The notes beneath the pieces are model-generated. The model had not been told where the DNA came from and did not search any database. It was given only the letters and a program-made list of their open reading frames with translations. A DNA stretch of 24,000 nucleotides from Fastidiosipilaceae bacterium (lineage in GTDB: Bacteria; Bacillota; Clostridia; Saccharofermentanales; Fastidiosipilaceae): the NCBI GenBank assembly GCA_050309435.1, contig JBNRMJ010000010.1, forward strand, positions 1 to 24,000, read 5' to 3'. The position numbers were made by a program, and so were the translations under genes. Within the stretch, counting starts at the first letter, position 1; every line of letters starts with the position of its first letter. Positions 14,776 through 24,000 of this stretch are shown piece after piece.

Positions 14776-16267
14776 AATAACTGCCGTAATCAAGCGGCAG
14801 ATCGAATCTTACAAGACTCGTCAGGACTTCTCGGAAGCAGGGACGGTCATCCAAATCGGTGACGGCATCGCGCGCGTTTATGGTCTGAAGAATGCCATGA
14901 GCGGCGAATTGCTGGAATTCCCCAACGGAACCTGCGGTATGGCCTTGAATCTGGACGAAGACAGCATCGGCGTCGTTATCATGGGCTCCGATTCCGGTAT
15001 CAAGGAAGGCGATCCGGTCAAGTTGACCGGCAGAATGGCCGAAATTCCCGTCGGCGACGGCATGCTGGGACGCGTGGTCAATGCGCTAGGCGAGCCCCTC
15101 GACGATAAAGGAGCGATCGCAAACGAAGGTTATCGCATGATCGAGAGTATGGCTCCGAGCGTTATCATGCGTCGCGAGGTCAACGACCCGCTGCAGACCG
15201 GCATCAAGGCCATCGACGCACTGGTTCCCATCGGAAAGGGCCAGCGCGAACTCATTATCGGCGACCGTGAAACCGGTAAGACGGCGATTGCGATCGATAC
15301 CATCATCAATCAGAAGAATAACGATGTTCACTGTGTTTATGTGGCCATCGGCCAGAAGGCTTCTACCGTCGCCCGAATCATCAAGGTTTTAAACGAAACC
15401 GGAGCGATGGATTACACGACCGTCGTCTTGTCGACGGCCAGCGACCCGGCTCCCTTACAATATTTCGCGCCTTATGCGGGCTGTGCCATCGCCGAAGAAT
15501 GGATGCACCGCGGAAAAGACGTCCTGATTGTGTACGACGACTTATCCAAACATGCCGTGGCTTATCGTGCCATCAGTCTGCTGCTGCGTCGTCCGCCGGG
15601 ACGCGAAGCCTATCCGGGCGATATCTTCTATCTGCACTCCAGACTGCTGGAGCGTGCGGCCTGCATGAGCGAAACCTATGGCGGCGGTTCATTGACCGCT
15701 CTGCCGATTGTCGAAACGCAGGAAGGCGATATCTCGGCTTACATACCGACGAACATCATCTCGATTACCGATGGTCAGATCTACCTCGAAGCCGATCTTT
15801 TCAACCACGGAATTCGTCCGGCAATCAACCCCGGTCTCTCTGTCTCGCGTGTCGGCGGTTCCGCCCAGATCTCTGCGATGAAGAAATTGGCCGGTCCGCT
15901 TCGTATCGAGTTTGCTCAATATAAAGAACTGTCGGTTTTCTCACAGTTCGGAACAGACCTGGATCAAGACACCCTGGATCGCCTGAAACACGGCGAACAG
16001 ATCATGCAGGTACTCAAGCAATCGCAGTACAGACCCATGGCTGTGGAAAACCAGGTGTTGATTTTCTTTGCTCTTAGTAGAAGACATCTGACCGATCTGG
16101 AGACGGGCCGTCTCTTGAGATTCCAGCGCGATCTGATCAAGTATGTCGATACCCATGCTTCTTACATCAAAGACGAGATCAGAGAAACGGGAGAAATTTC
16201 GGATAAGCTGGCCGAAGCTCTGGATACGGTGATTGCCGAAGTTAAGGAACAATACAATTACGCTTAA
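14756..16267 (+). CDS. atpA: F-type ATP synthase F1 subunit alpha
   Basis: 503 aa. The Walker A motif is [15 protein letters not shown]. Other alpha-subunit blocks include [55 protein letters not shown] and [10 protein letters not shown]. The gene overlaps atpH by 20 nt. Confidence 0.97.
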   Translation: MPVKPDEITAVIKRQIESYKTRQDFSEAGTVIQIGDGIARVYGLKNAMSGELLEFPNGTCGMALNLDEDSIGVVIMGSDSGIKEGDPVKLTGRMAEIPVGDGMLGRVVNALGEPLDDKGAIANEGYRMIESMAPSVIMRREVNDPLQTGIKAIDALVPIGKGQRELIIGDRETGKTAIAIDTIINQKNNDVHCVYVAIGQKASTVARIIKVLNETGAMDYTTVVLSTASDPAPLQYFAPYAGCAIAEEWMHRGKDVLIVYDDLSKHAVAYRAISLLLRRPPGREAYPGDIFYLHSRLLERAACMSETYGGGSLTALPIVETQEGDISAYIPTNIISITDGQIYLEADLFNHGIRPAINPGLSVSRVGGSAQISAMKKLAGPLRIEFAQYKELSVFSQFGTDLDQDTLDRLKHGEQIMQVLKQSQYRPMAVENQVLIFFALSRRHLTDLETGRLLRFQRDLIKYVDTHASYIKDEIRETGEISDKLAEALDTVIAEVKEQYNYA

Positions 16268-16279
16268 GGAGGTGACGCT

Positions 16280-18534
<2,255 letters not shown>

Positions 18535-18535
18535 A

Positions 18536-19009
18536 ATGGCAGACGCTAAAGACAAGCTTCAAGAGAAGAAAAAGCTTCGCCTCACGATTACAACGCCTCG
18601 CGGCGTGAAGTTTGTCGAGGAGGCGGATATGGTTGTCATGCGTACAATCGACGGCGATCTGGGCGTGCTCCCCGGCCACGAAGCACTCTCCACTGTGATG
18701 GGCGACGGCGTCCTTCGGATCAAGAATAACGGCTACGAGAAGCGCCTGGCCGTTTTTGGAGGAACCGCAGAGATCAACAATACGGAGATTTCCATCCTCA
18801 GCACGATTGCCCAGCGACCCGACGAAATCGACCTGGCGCGTGCCGAAGAGGACCGCAGAGAGGCCGAACTTGCCATGCAGGAAGAAAAAGAAGAGCATCT
18901 GACCAGGCGCTTGCAGATTATGCAGATGCGTGCATTGGTCAGACTTCATGTCGGTCGGGACGGCTACATCGACGAAGACAGCGATAACGGTAACGGTAAC
19001 GGCAACTGA
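18536..19009 (+). CDS. atpC: F-type ATP synthase F1 subunit epsilon with an acidic/Asn-Gly C-terminal extension
   Basis: 157 aa. The N-terminal beta-sandwich (LRLTITTPRGVKF...DGDLGVLPGHEALSTVM) is followed by a helical hairpin. A tail of about 20 aa (GRDGYIDEDSDNGNGNGN) extends beyond the usual length. The start is 1 nt after the atpD stop. Confidence 0.9.
   Translation: MADAKDKLQEKKKLRLTITTPRGVKFVEEADMVVMRTIDGDLGVLPGHEALSTVMGDGVLRIKNNGYEKRLAVFGGTAEINNTEISILSTIAQRPDEIDLARAEEDRREAELAMQEEKEEHLTRRLQIMQMRALVRLHVGRDGYIDEDSDNGNGNGN
18986..19006 (+). repeat. Hexanucleotide tandem repeat (AACGGY)x3 + AAC encoding NGNGNGN at the extreme 3' end of atpC
   Basis: Read directly as aac ggt aac ggt aac ggc aac, followed by tga at 19007-19009. 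Confidence 0.9.
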
Positions 19010-19056
19010 GCAACAATGAAAAAATAAATAAGATTACACTCGAATAAATAAAGAAT

Positions 19057-19082
19057 GAAGGCTCTGCAAGCGCAGAGCCTTC
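19057..19082. terminator. Bidirectional intrinsic terminator between convergent atpC and the eRF1-like gene
   Basis: Perfect 11-bp stem GAAGGCTCTGC (19057-19067) / GCAGAGCCTTC (19072-19082) with loop AAGC. The flank is T-rich on the plus strand (TCTCTTGT) and on the minus-strand side (complement of the upstream AAATAAAGAAT). Confidence 0.8.
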
Positions 19083-19110
19083 TCTCTTGTAAACCCTTTT
19101 CTCTTTCTCT

Positions 19111-20199
19111 TCAATATCTAAGAATCGCGCTGTACAAGGTCTCCGGTTCGTACGCCCTATCCTGCAGAACGGTCACCTGCGTGCCGCTTAGGATCGCATG
19201 CGAGATCGCCAGATCAAGGGTTATGTCATCCGGACGCATTCTGGCCAGGTCAATGACCAGTTCTTCAATCCTTCCCTCGAGTGCCATTTTCTCGATCACG
19301 TCCGCCCTGGTTGCCAGCATATCGTTTTGTTTGGCCCGGGAGATTTTCTCCAGAAGATTCTCCATGGAGACTTTATACAGGGGATTCAGCGCTTCCACGA
19401 TCGCCTTCTGCAGAGAAGCGGGGTCCATGGAATCCAGCGGTTTTTCGATCTGCGTATTCAGGTAGAAATCCTCTCTGGCTACTTTTCTGAACTCCGCTAT
19501 GGTTGCGGTGGTACCGGCCAGGAGAATTGGTTTCTTTTCTTTCTTATACATCCCGGCAAAGGCATCCGCCAGATAACGGAAGTATTTGCCGCGATCCTTC
19601 TCCAGCTCGTCCGAAGTCGTCCGGTATCCATGGAAGAGACCGCCGGCTGCGCCGCCCGCGTTTAAATGCGGGAAGGGGTCCAAATCGTCGAAAATATTAT
19701 AGAAACTGGTCTCAACATCTTCAGTGACCAGCGGCTCATGGCCATAACGATTGACCTGATAAAGGCTGACGCGGTCTCGTCCGAGTTCGACCAGAATGGC
19801 TTCGTCCAGACGTTCGAGATAAGCTAAAAGAGTGATGACATGAAAGCGATTACCGACCAGCACAACCGGATCGGGCGAATATTCGAGACGGAAAAATTCC
19901 AGTTCGTCCCCCGTGGCAAAAACAGCCAGACCGTCTGCCGAGTACGTCCAGAAAGCCGTCTCGTCGATCAAATCCTGCATATTCTTCAAACTGTTTTCCC
20001 AAAGACGTTTCGGATAGGACTTTTCAAGTTTCTTTTCTGCTTCGTGAAGCAGATTTTTGAAGTGAATCGGATCGGTATCGCGATCCGGAGGTCTGCGGTG
20101 AGTCGGCATATAAATAGAAATACGAATCTGGGCATCGGGGCGCTCCGTTTTTAACAAGCGCTGCAATTTTTCCCTGTTGGTCTCGGTCACTCTCGCCAT
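19111..20199 (-). CDS. eRF1/Pelota-like three-domain protein (bacterial baeRF-type release-factor homolog), uncharacterized
   Basis: The track gives 19111..20268. I prefer ATG 20199-20197, which has GGAGGAA 6 nt upstream (362 aa). The N-terminus ISIYMPTHRRPPDRDTDPIHFKNLLHEAEKKL matches what I recall of baeRF-family N-termini. A Gly-rich loop NAGGAAGGLFHGY (res 180-192) is followed about 40 aa later by KPILLAGTTATIAEFRK, mirroring eRF1 GGQ...LVLAGSADFKTEL. The C-terminal KMALEGRIEELVID resembles eRF1/Pelota ALEMGAVExLLV. The assignment is by motif recall only. Confidence 0.5.
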   Translation of the reverse strand: MARVTETNREKLQRLLKTERPDAQIRISIYMPTHRRPPDRDTDPIHFKNLLHEAEKKLEKSYPKRLWENSLKNMQDLIDETAFWTYSADGLAVFATGDELEFFRLEYSPDPVVLVGNRFHVITLLAYLERLDEAILVELGRDRVSLYQVNRYGHEPLVTEDVETSFYNIFDDLDPFPHLNAGGAAGGLFHGYRTTSDELEKDRGKYFRYLADAFAGMYKKEKKPILLAGTTATIAEFRKVAREDFYLNTQIEKPLDSMDPASLQKAIVEALNPLYKVSMENLLEKISRAKQNDMLATRADVIEKMALEGRIEELVIDLARMRPDDITLDLAISHAILSGTQVTVLQDRAYEPETLYSAILRY

Positions 20200-20374
20200 A
20201 ATCGGTTCCTCCACTTCTCTGCCGGCTTTTCCCGGGATTGTCAATGTAGAAAAAAACGTCCCGGTCAAAGTACCGTCTGATGTTTTTATCGTGTATAGTT
20301 ATCTTTAAATAGAAGCTGTTAACTGTCAATCGCAAGAGTTACCCCGTAAGATAATCGGTGAATGGAGGTACGAA

Positions 20375-21022
20375 ATGGCTGTCTTTGATTTCAAAAAAGA
20401 ATATAAAGAGCTCTATCAGGGTACCGGCGAGCCTTCTATCTTAAATGTCTCGCCGGCGACATACCTCATCGCCCGAGGCCACGGAAACCCCAATACCTCT
20501 CCGCTTTATCAGCACCATGTGGAACTGCTTTACGGTCTTTCCTACGCGATTAAGATGAGTAAGAAAGGTGATTGGCAGCCGGAAGGCTATTTCGATTTCG
20601 TTGTACCTCCTCTCGAAGGTCTGTGGTGGTTCGACGAGGAAGAATTCTCGGGAGAAGTCATCAGTAGAAAAGATGATTTCCGGTGGATTATGATGATTCG
20701 CCAACCTGACTTCGTAAACGAAGAAGTTCTATCTTTTGTCAAACAATCTCTGGAAAGAAAGAAACCGGAGCTGGATACTAGCGTCGCTCTGCTGGAACGG
20801 ATCGACGAAGGCCTCTCGGCTCAGATTCTCCACATCGGGCCCTACGACAACGAAGCAGAAACAATCGCCCGTCTCGATGCTTTTATCGCCGAAAACGGTT
20901 ATAAAACCGCGATGTCCGGCTACCGTCAGCACCGGGAGATTTATCTGAGCGATCCCAGACGGACGAAGCCCGAGAAGCTGAAAACACTGATCAGACAACC
21001 GATCGAAAAGGCAATACCATGA
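20375..21022 (+). CDS. GyrI-like small-molecule-binding domain protein (SbmC/BmrR-effector-domain fold)
   Basis: 215 aa with GGAGG RBS. FDFKKEYKELYQ..., YFDFVVPPLEGLWWFDEE, WIMMIRQPDFV, AQILHIGPYDNEAETIARLDAFIAENGY and HREIYLSDPRRTKPEKLKTLIRQPI match the widespread roughly 200-aa Firmicute GyrI-like family as I recall it. The stop TGA (21020-21022) overlaps the response-regulator ATG (21019-21021). Confidence 0.8.
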   Translation: MAVFDFKKEYKELYQGTGEPSILNVSPATYLIARGHGNPNTSPLYQHHVELLYGLSYAIKMSKKGDWQPEGYFDFVVPPLEGLWWFDEEEFSGEVISRKDDFRWIMMIRQPDFVNEEVLSFVKQSLERKKPELDTSVALLERIDEGLSAQILHIGPYDNEAETIARLDAFIAENGYKTAMSGYRQHREIYLSDPRRTKPEKLKTLIRQPIEKAIP

Positions 21023-21723
21023 ACAAACAGCGAATTTTACTGGTCGAGGACGACCGTACGATTGCCATGGGTCTGGAGTATTCGCTCGCTCAATCAAACT
21101 TCGAGACCATCGTCTGTTACGATGCCCGTTCGGCACGCGAGAGGATCCATGAAGAGCTAAGCGAGATCGACTGCTGCCTGCTTGACCTGGCCCTGCCGGA
21201 CGGAAACGGTTACGACCTTTGCCGTTTGATTAAGAGTAAAAAAGATATTCCCGTCATCTTCCTCACCGCACAAGACGATGAGGTTAATGTCGTCATGGGC
21301 CTTGATATGGGAGCAGATGATTACATCACTAAACCTTTTCGGATCAGAGAGTTAATATCCCGTATTAAGTCCGTAATCCGTCGCTACGAGAAGTCGGGGA
21401 CAGCCGACGGCCGGACTTCTTCGCAGATCACGTTCGGTCCCTTAAGCATTCACTTGGCGGAAGCCACGGTGACAAAAGACGGCCGCGAGATCGCGTTGAC
21501 CGCTGTCGAATACCGTTTACTGCTGATCTTCGCCAATCATAAAGGTCAGATTCTATCCCGCACGCAACTTCTGGATCAGATCTGGGATTTGGGCGGTTCG
21601 TTTATCAATGACAACACCCTGACCGTTTATATCAAACGTTTAAGAGAAAAGCTGGAAGACAATCCGGCCGATCCGAAGTTAATCCAAACCATCCGCGGTC
21701 TGGGCTACAAGGCAGGTGAATGA
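21019..21723 (+). CDS. OmpR/PhoB-family response regulator
   Basis: 234 aa. The receiver domain contains ILLVEDD, the phospho-acceptor Asp in CLLDLALPDGNG, and ITKPF. The C-terminal winged-helix contains LTAVEYRLLLIFANHKGQILSRTQL...TIRGLGYK. Confidence 0.93.
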   Translation: MNKQRILLVEDDRTIAMGLEYSLAQSNFETIVCYDARSARERIHEELSEIDCCLLDLALPDGNGYDLCRLIKSKKDIPVIFLTAQDDEVNVVMGLDMGADDYITKPFRIRELISRIKSVIRRYEKSGTADGRTSSQITFGPLSIHLAEATVTKDGREIALTAVEYRLLLIFANHKGQILSRTQLLDQIWDLGGSFINDNTLTVYIKRLREKLEDNPADPKLIQTIRGLGYKAGE

Positions 21724-21724
21724 G

Positions 21725-22726
21725 ATGTGGCGAAACAGGGAGCTTGTCTTCTACGCCGGCTCTTTACTGCTGGCCGGCAGTGCGGCGACGATCGCGGCAT
21801 TTTATCATAGCGCCATCTCCGGATTCATTACGCTTGCTCTTTTTTTGATCACTTTCTTGATCAGTATCTTTTTTACCTGCCGCCGCTACCGTGATCTGGC
21901 CCGTTTGGCAGCGGACGTCAGGCGTATCAGTGCCGGCGATTATCAGCTGGACCTGAGGGATAACCGGGAAGGCGAAATCAGCGTCTTGAAAAATGACATC
22001 GCCAAGATGAGTCTGAAACTATCCGAACAAAGCCGACAGCTGCATACGGACAAACAACGACTGACAGCCGCCATCGCCGATATATCGCATCAGCTGAAGA
22101 CGCCCCTCACTTCCCTCATGATGATGAGCGAGTTTCTGGCCGATCCCGATCTGGATCCCGAGACCAGAACCGCCTTTGCAGGACGGAGCAGGCAACAGCT
22201 CGAAAGACTCGAATGGCTGGTTTCGGCTCTACTCAAACTCGCCAAACTCGATGCCGGTACCGTGCAGTTCAAACAAGAGAAGATTACCATCGAAACTCTG
22301 CTTCAAGACGCGTTCGAACCGCTCTTGATTCCGATCGACCTAAAGGAACTCAAGATTGTACTCGAAGGCGAAAAGGATGCATCCTGCACGATCGACAGGC
22401 AGTGGACGGCAGAAGCATTCACGAATATTCTGAAGAACTCGATCGAGCATTCGCCGGCCGGTGCAAGTCTCTATCTGCGTTTCTCGGAGAATCCGCTCTA
22501 CAGCGAAATTATCATTCAAGACGAAGGCAGCGGTATCCCGAAAGAAGACCTGCCGCATATTTTTAAACGATTCTATAAAGGCAGGCATTCCGGCGAGGAC
22601 AGCGTCGGCATCGGCCTCAACCTGGCCCACAGCATCGTAACGGCTCAAAACGGCATCATCGACGTGAAGAGCAAGCCCGGACAAGGAACCGGCTTTTCAA
22701 TCAAGTTTTATAAGAAAAACATCTGA
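21725..22726 (+). CDS. Sensor histidine kinase, intramembrane-sensing type (two TM helices with only a few-residue loop, HAMP-like linker, HisKA + HATPase_c)
   Basis: The track starts at GTG 21716. ATG 21725 is preferred because AGGTGA lies at 21714-21719. TM1 is LVFYAGSLLLAGSAATIAAFY, and TM2 (ISGFITLALFLITFLISIFF) follows after only about 4 residues. The H-box is ISHQLKTPLTSL. The N-box is NILKNSIEHS, and the G-boxes are DEGSGIP and GIGLNLA. Confidence 0.9.
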   Translation: MWRNRELVFYAGSLLLAGSAATIAAFYHSAISGFITLALFLITFLISIFFTCRRYRDLARLAADVRRISAGDYQLDLRDNREGEISVLKNDIAKMSLKLSEQSRQLHTDKQRLTAAIADISHQLKTPLTSLMMMSEFLADPDLDPETRTAFAGRSRQQLERLEWLVSALLKLAKLDAGTVQFKQEKITIETLLQDAFEPLLIPIDLKELKIVLEGEKDASCTIDRQWTAEAFTNILKNSIEHSPAGASLYLRFSENPLYSEIIIQDEGSGIPKEDLPHIFKRFYKGRHSGEDSVGIGLNLAHSIVTAQNGIIDVKSKPGQGTGFSIKFYKKNI

Positions 22727-22727
22727 T

Positions 22728-22775
22728 TCACTTAAAGTGACTATTATGTCACTTAAAGTGTCACTTCATAGTCAC
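22728..22775 (+). promoter_or_regulatory. Array of alternating CACTT / AAGTG half-sites; candidate response-regulator operator for the ABC transporter promoter
   Basis: The 12-mer TCACTTAAAGTG occurs twice (22728-22739 and 22749-22760), exactly 21 bp apart. Each copy is itself a CACTT-A-AAGTG dyad. AAGTGAC-TATTAT-GTCACTT (22735-22754) is a perfect 7-6-7 inverted repeat. Further CACTT (22762-22766) and GTCAC (22771-22775) copies follow. The array lies between the HK stop (22726) and the ABC ATG (22818). Confidence 0.5.
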
Positions 22776-22817
22776 CCTCGCTTGTTATCGTTAGGATATG
22801 AGAAAGCGAGGTTATAT

Positions 22818-23501
22818 ATGAGCATCCTTCAAATAGAGAATCTTTCGAAAATATACGGAAAAGGCGATACGGCCGTAAAAGCCCTGGACAAGGTCTCTTT
22901 TTCCGTTGAAAAAGGCGAGTTTGTCGCCATCATCGGTCCTTCGGGCTCCGGTAAATCCACGCTGCTTCACCTGCTGGGCGGAGTAGATCGTCCGACAGAA
23001 GGCCGCGTTTTGATCGACGGCGAAGACATATACAGTCTGAACGAAACTCAGCTGGCGATTTTCCGCCGCCGTCAGATCGGTCTGGTCTACCAGTTCTACA
23101 ATCTGATTCCGGTCCTGACCGTCGAAGAAAACATGACCCTTCCCCTTCTTTTAGACGGGCAAAAAGTAAACCCCGACAGCTTCGAAGAAATCGTACGTTC
23201 TCTTGGTCTGGGCGATCGCCTCGGCCACCTGCCGAATCAGCTTTCGGGCGGACAGCAGCAGCGCGTGTCCATCGGCCGTGCCTTGATGAATGCTCCGGCG
23301 ATCATGCTGGCAGACGAGCCGACGGGTAATCTGGACAGTAAAAACAGTACTGACATCATCGAAATGCTGCGCTACTTCAATAAAACACTGAAGCAAACCC
23401 TTCTGGTCATCACGCATGACGAGCGCATCGCTCTACAGGCGGACCGCGTTCTTACCATCGCGGACGGCCGGATCGGCAACGACGAGGTGTTAAGACCATG
23501 A
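22818..23501 (+). CDS. ABC transporter ATP-binding protein, MacB/LolD/BceA-type
   Basis: The track starts at GTG 22737, inside the repeat array. ATG 22818 is preferred and gives 227 aa. The Walker A motif is GPSGSGKST and the Q-loop [17 protein letters not shown]. The signature motif is [15 protein letters not shown]. The Walker B motif is [12 protein letters not shown] and the H-loop VITHD. Confidence 0.93.
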   Translation: MSILQIENLSKIYGKGDTAVKALDKVSFSVEKGEFVAIIGPSGSGKSTLLHLLGGVDRPTEGRVLIDGEDIYSLNETQLAIFRRRQIGLVYQFYNLIPVLTVEENMTLPLLLDGQKVNPDSFEEIVRSLGLGDRLGHLPNQLSGGQQQRVSIGRALMNAPAIMLADEPTGNLDSKNSTDIIEMLRYFNKTLKQTLLVITHDERIALQADRVLTIADGRIGNDEVLRP

Positions 23502-24000
23502 ATATCATGAACCGCCTGACCTTCAGGCAATTGATAAAAAACAAAAAACGTACCATCGTCACCATTATCGGTGTCATTATTTCGGTCGCCATGATCACAG
23601 CCGTCACTTCGATCGGCGATTCGTTTCTCGATCTTTTACGTCGCGAGCATATCCTTCGCGAAGGCGAATGGCATGTCATTTACCGCGACATAAACGAAGA
23701 GCAGCTCGAAGCGATCAAGAAGCAAGAAAATCTGGTCGATATCGTTTTAAGCGACAACCTCGGCTTCGCAAAGCTGGACGGCAGTAAAAACGCAAGTCGG
23801 CCTTACCTCTTCGTGAAGTCATACAGCAGCGAAGGTTTCAAGCACTTTCCTATCACCTTGACCTCCGGCCGCCTGCCTTCTGCTCCCGGTGAAGTGATAA
23901 TCTCCGACGAGATCGCCTTAACAGCCGGGATCGATCTTGCTGTCGGCCAAACCATCACACTGGATATCGGTACCCGCTATGTAGATCCGGTTTATGAATT
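23498..24000 (+). CDS. FtsX/MacB-type ABC permease, N-terminal part only (runs off the window)
   Basis: Not in the ORF track because no stop lies inside the window. ATG 23498 overlaps the ATPase stop (ATGA), and hand translation is open to the window end. The sequence begins [43 protein letters not shown], which includes TM1. A soluble, presumably extracytoplasmic, domain follows (LRREHILREGEWHVIYRDINEEQLEAIKK...SGRLPSAPGEVIISDEIA). Confidence 0.8.
   Translation, partial: MNIMNRLTFRQLIKNKKRTIVTIIGVIISVAMITAVTSIGDSFLDLLRREHILREGEWHVIYRDINEEQLEAIKKQENLVDIVLSDNLGFAKLDGSKNASRPYLFVKSYSSEGFKHFPITLTSGRLPSAPGEVIISDEIALTAGIDLAVGQTITLDIGTRYVDPVYE

Noticed and set aside
14185-14793. 202-aa minus-strand ORF, plus other antisense ORFs across the atp operon (e.g. 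15086..15331, 15941..16252, 17215..17661, 17433..17744, 18476..18949)
   Set aside because: They are antisense to unambiguous atpF/H/A/G/D/C coding sequences and have no RBS or motif. I treat them as shadow ORFs.
19055-19727. Plus-strand ORFs 19055..19465, 19198..19665, 19281..19490, 19503..19727, and 19840..20154 further downstream
   Set aside because: They are antisense to the eRF1-like gene, whose product has coherent domain-like motifs. 19055..19465 would start inside the terminator hairpin.
22735-22754. The AAGTGAC/GTCACTT hairpin interpreted as the intrinsic terminator of the TCS operon
   Set aside because: The stem is AT-rich and only 7 bp, and it is followed by AAAGTG rather than a U-tract. 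The repeated half-site pattern extends beyond the hairpin and fits a protein-binding array better. A dual role cannot be excluded.

Overview
All family calls below come from motif and sequence recall only; no BLAST, HMM or structure search was possible. The window looks like a chromosomal segment of roughly 50% GC from a probable Bacillota/Clostridia-like anaerobe. The clues are strong GGAGG-type RBSs, TTG starts, an AtpZ/AtpI-led F-ATPase operon and a TCS+FtsX-ABC module. I saw no rRNA, tRNA, CRISPR, transposase or integrase. Contents, left to right: (1) A large edge-truncated GH9-type glycoside hydrolase on the minus strand (1-2492). It is absent from the supplied ORF track and was found by hand translation. 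(2) A tightly packed five-gene plus-strand cluster of small-molecule-modifying enzymes (2611-6031): APH-like kinase, AAC(6')-Ii-like GNAT, DUF1349, Maa/LacA O-acetyltransferase and a DHFR-family reductase. (3) An EamA/DMT transporter followed by a CodA-like cytosine deaminase. (4) A cytoplasmic beta-lactamase-fold serine hydrolase convergent with a LysR regulator, which is divergent from a YeiH-family membrane protein. (5) A complete canonical F1Fo ATP synthase operon, atpZ-I-B-E-F-H-A-G-D-C (11927-19009). Its c-subunit carries a full Na+-binding signature and a degenerate helix-1 glycine motif. (6) A lone minus-strand gene encoding an eRF1/Pelota-like (baeRF-type) protein that lacks the GGQ glutamine. 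(7) A GyrI-like ligand-binding protein translationally coupled to an OmpR-type response regulator and an intramembrane-sensing histidine kinase. These are followed by a dense CACTT/AAGTG half-site array and a MacB-type ABC ATPase plus FtsX permease. The permease is edge-truncated and also absent from the ORF track. The most second-look-worthy items are the eRF1-like orphan, the GyrI-like/TCS/ABC five-gene module with its operator array, the overlapping APH/AAC(6') pair, and the atypical Na+-type c-subunit.
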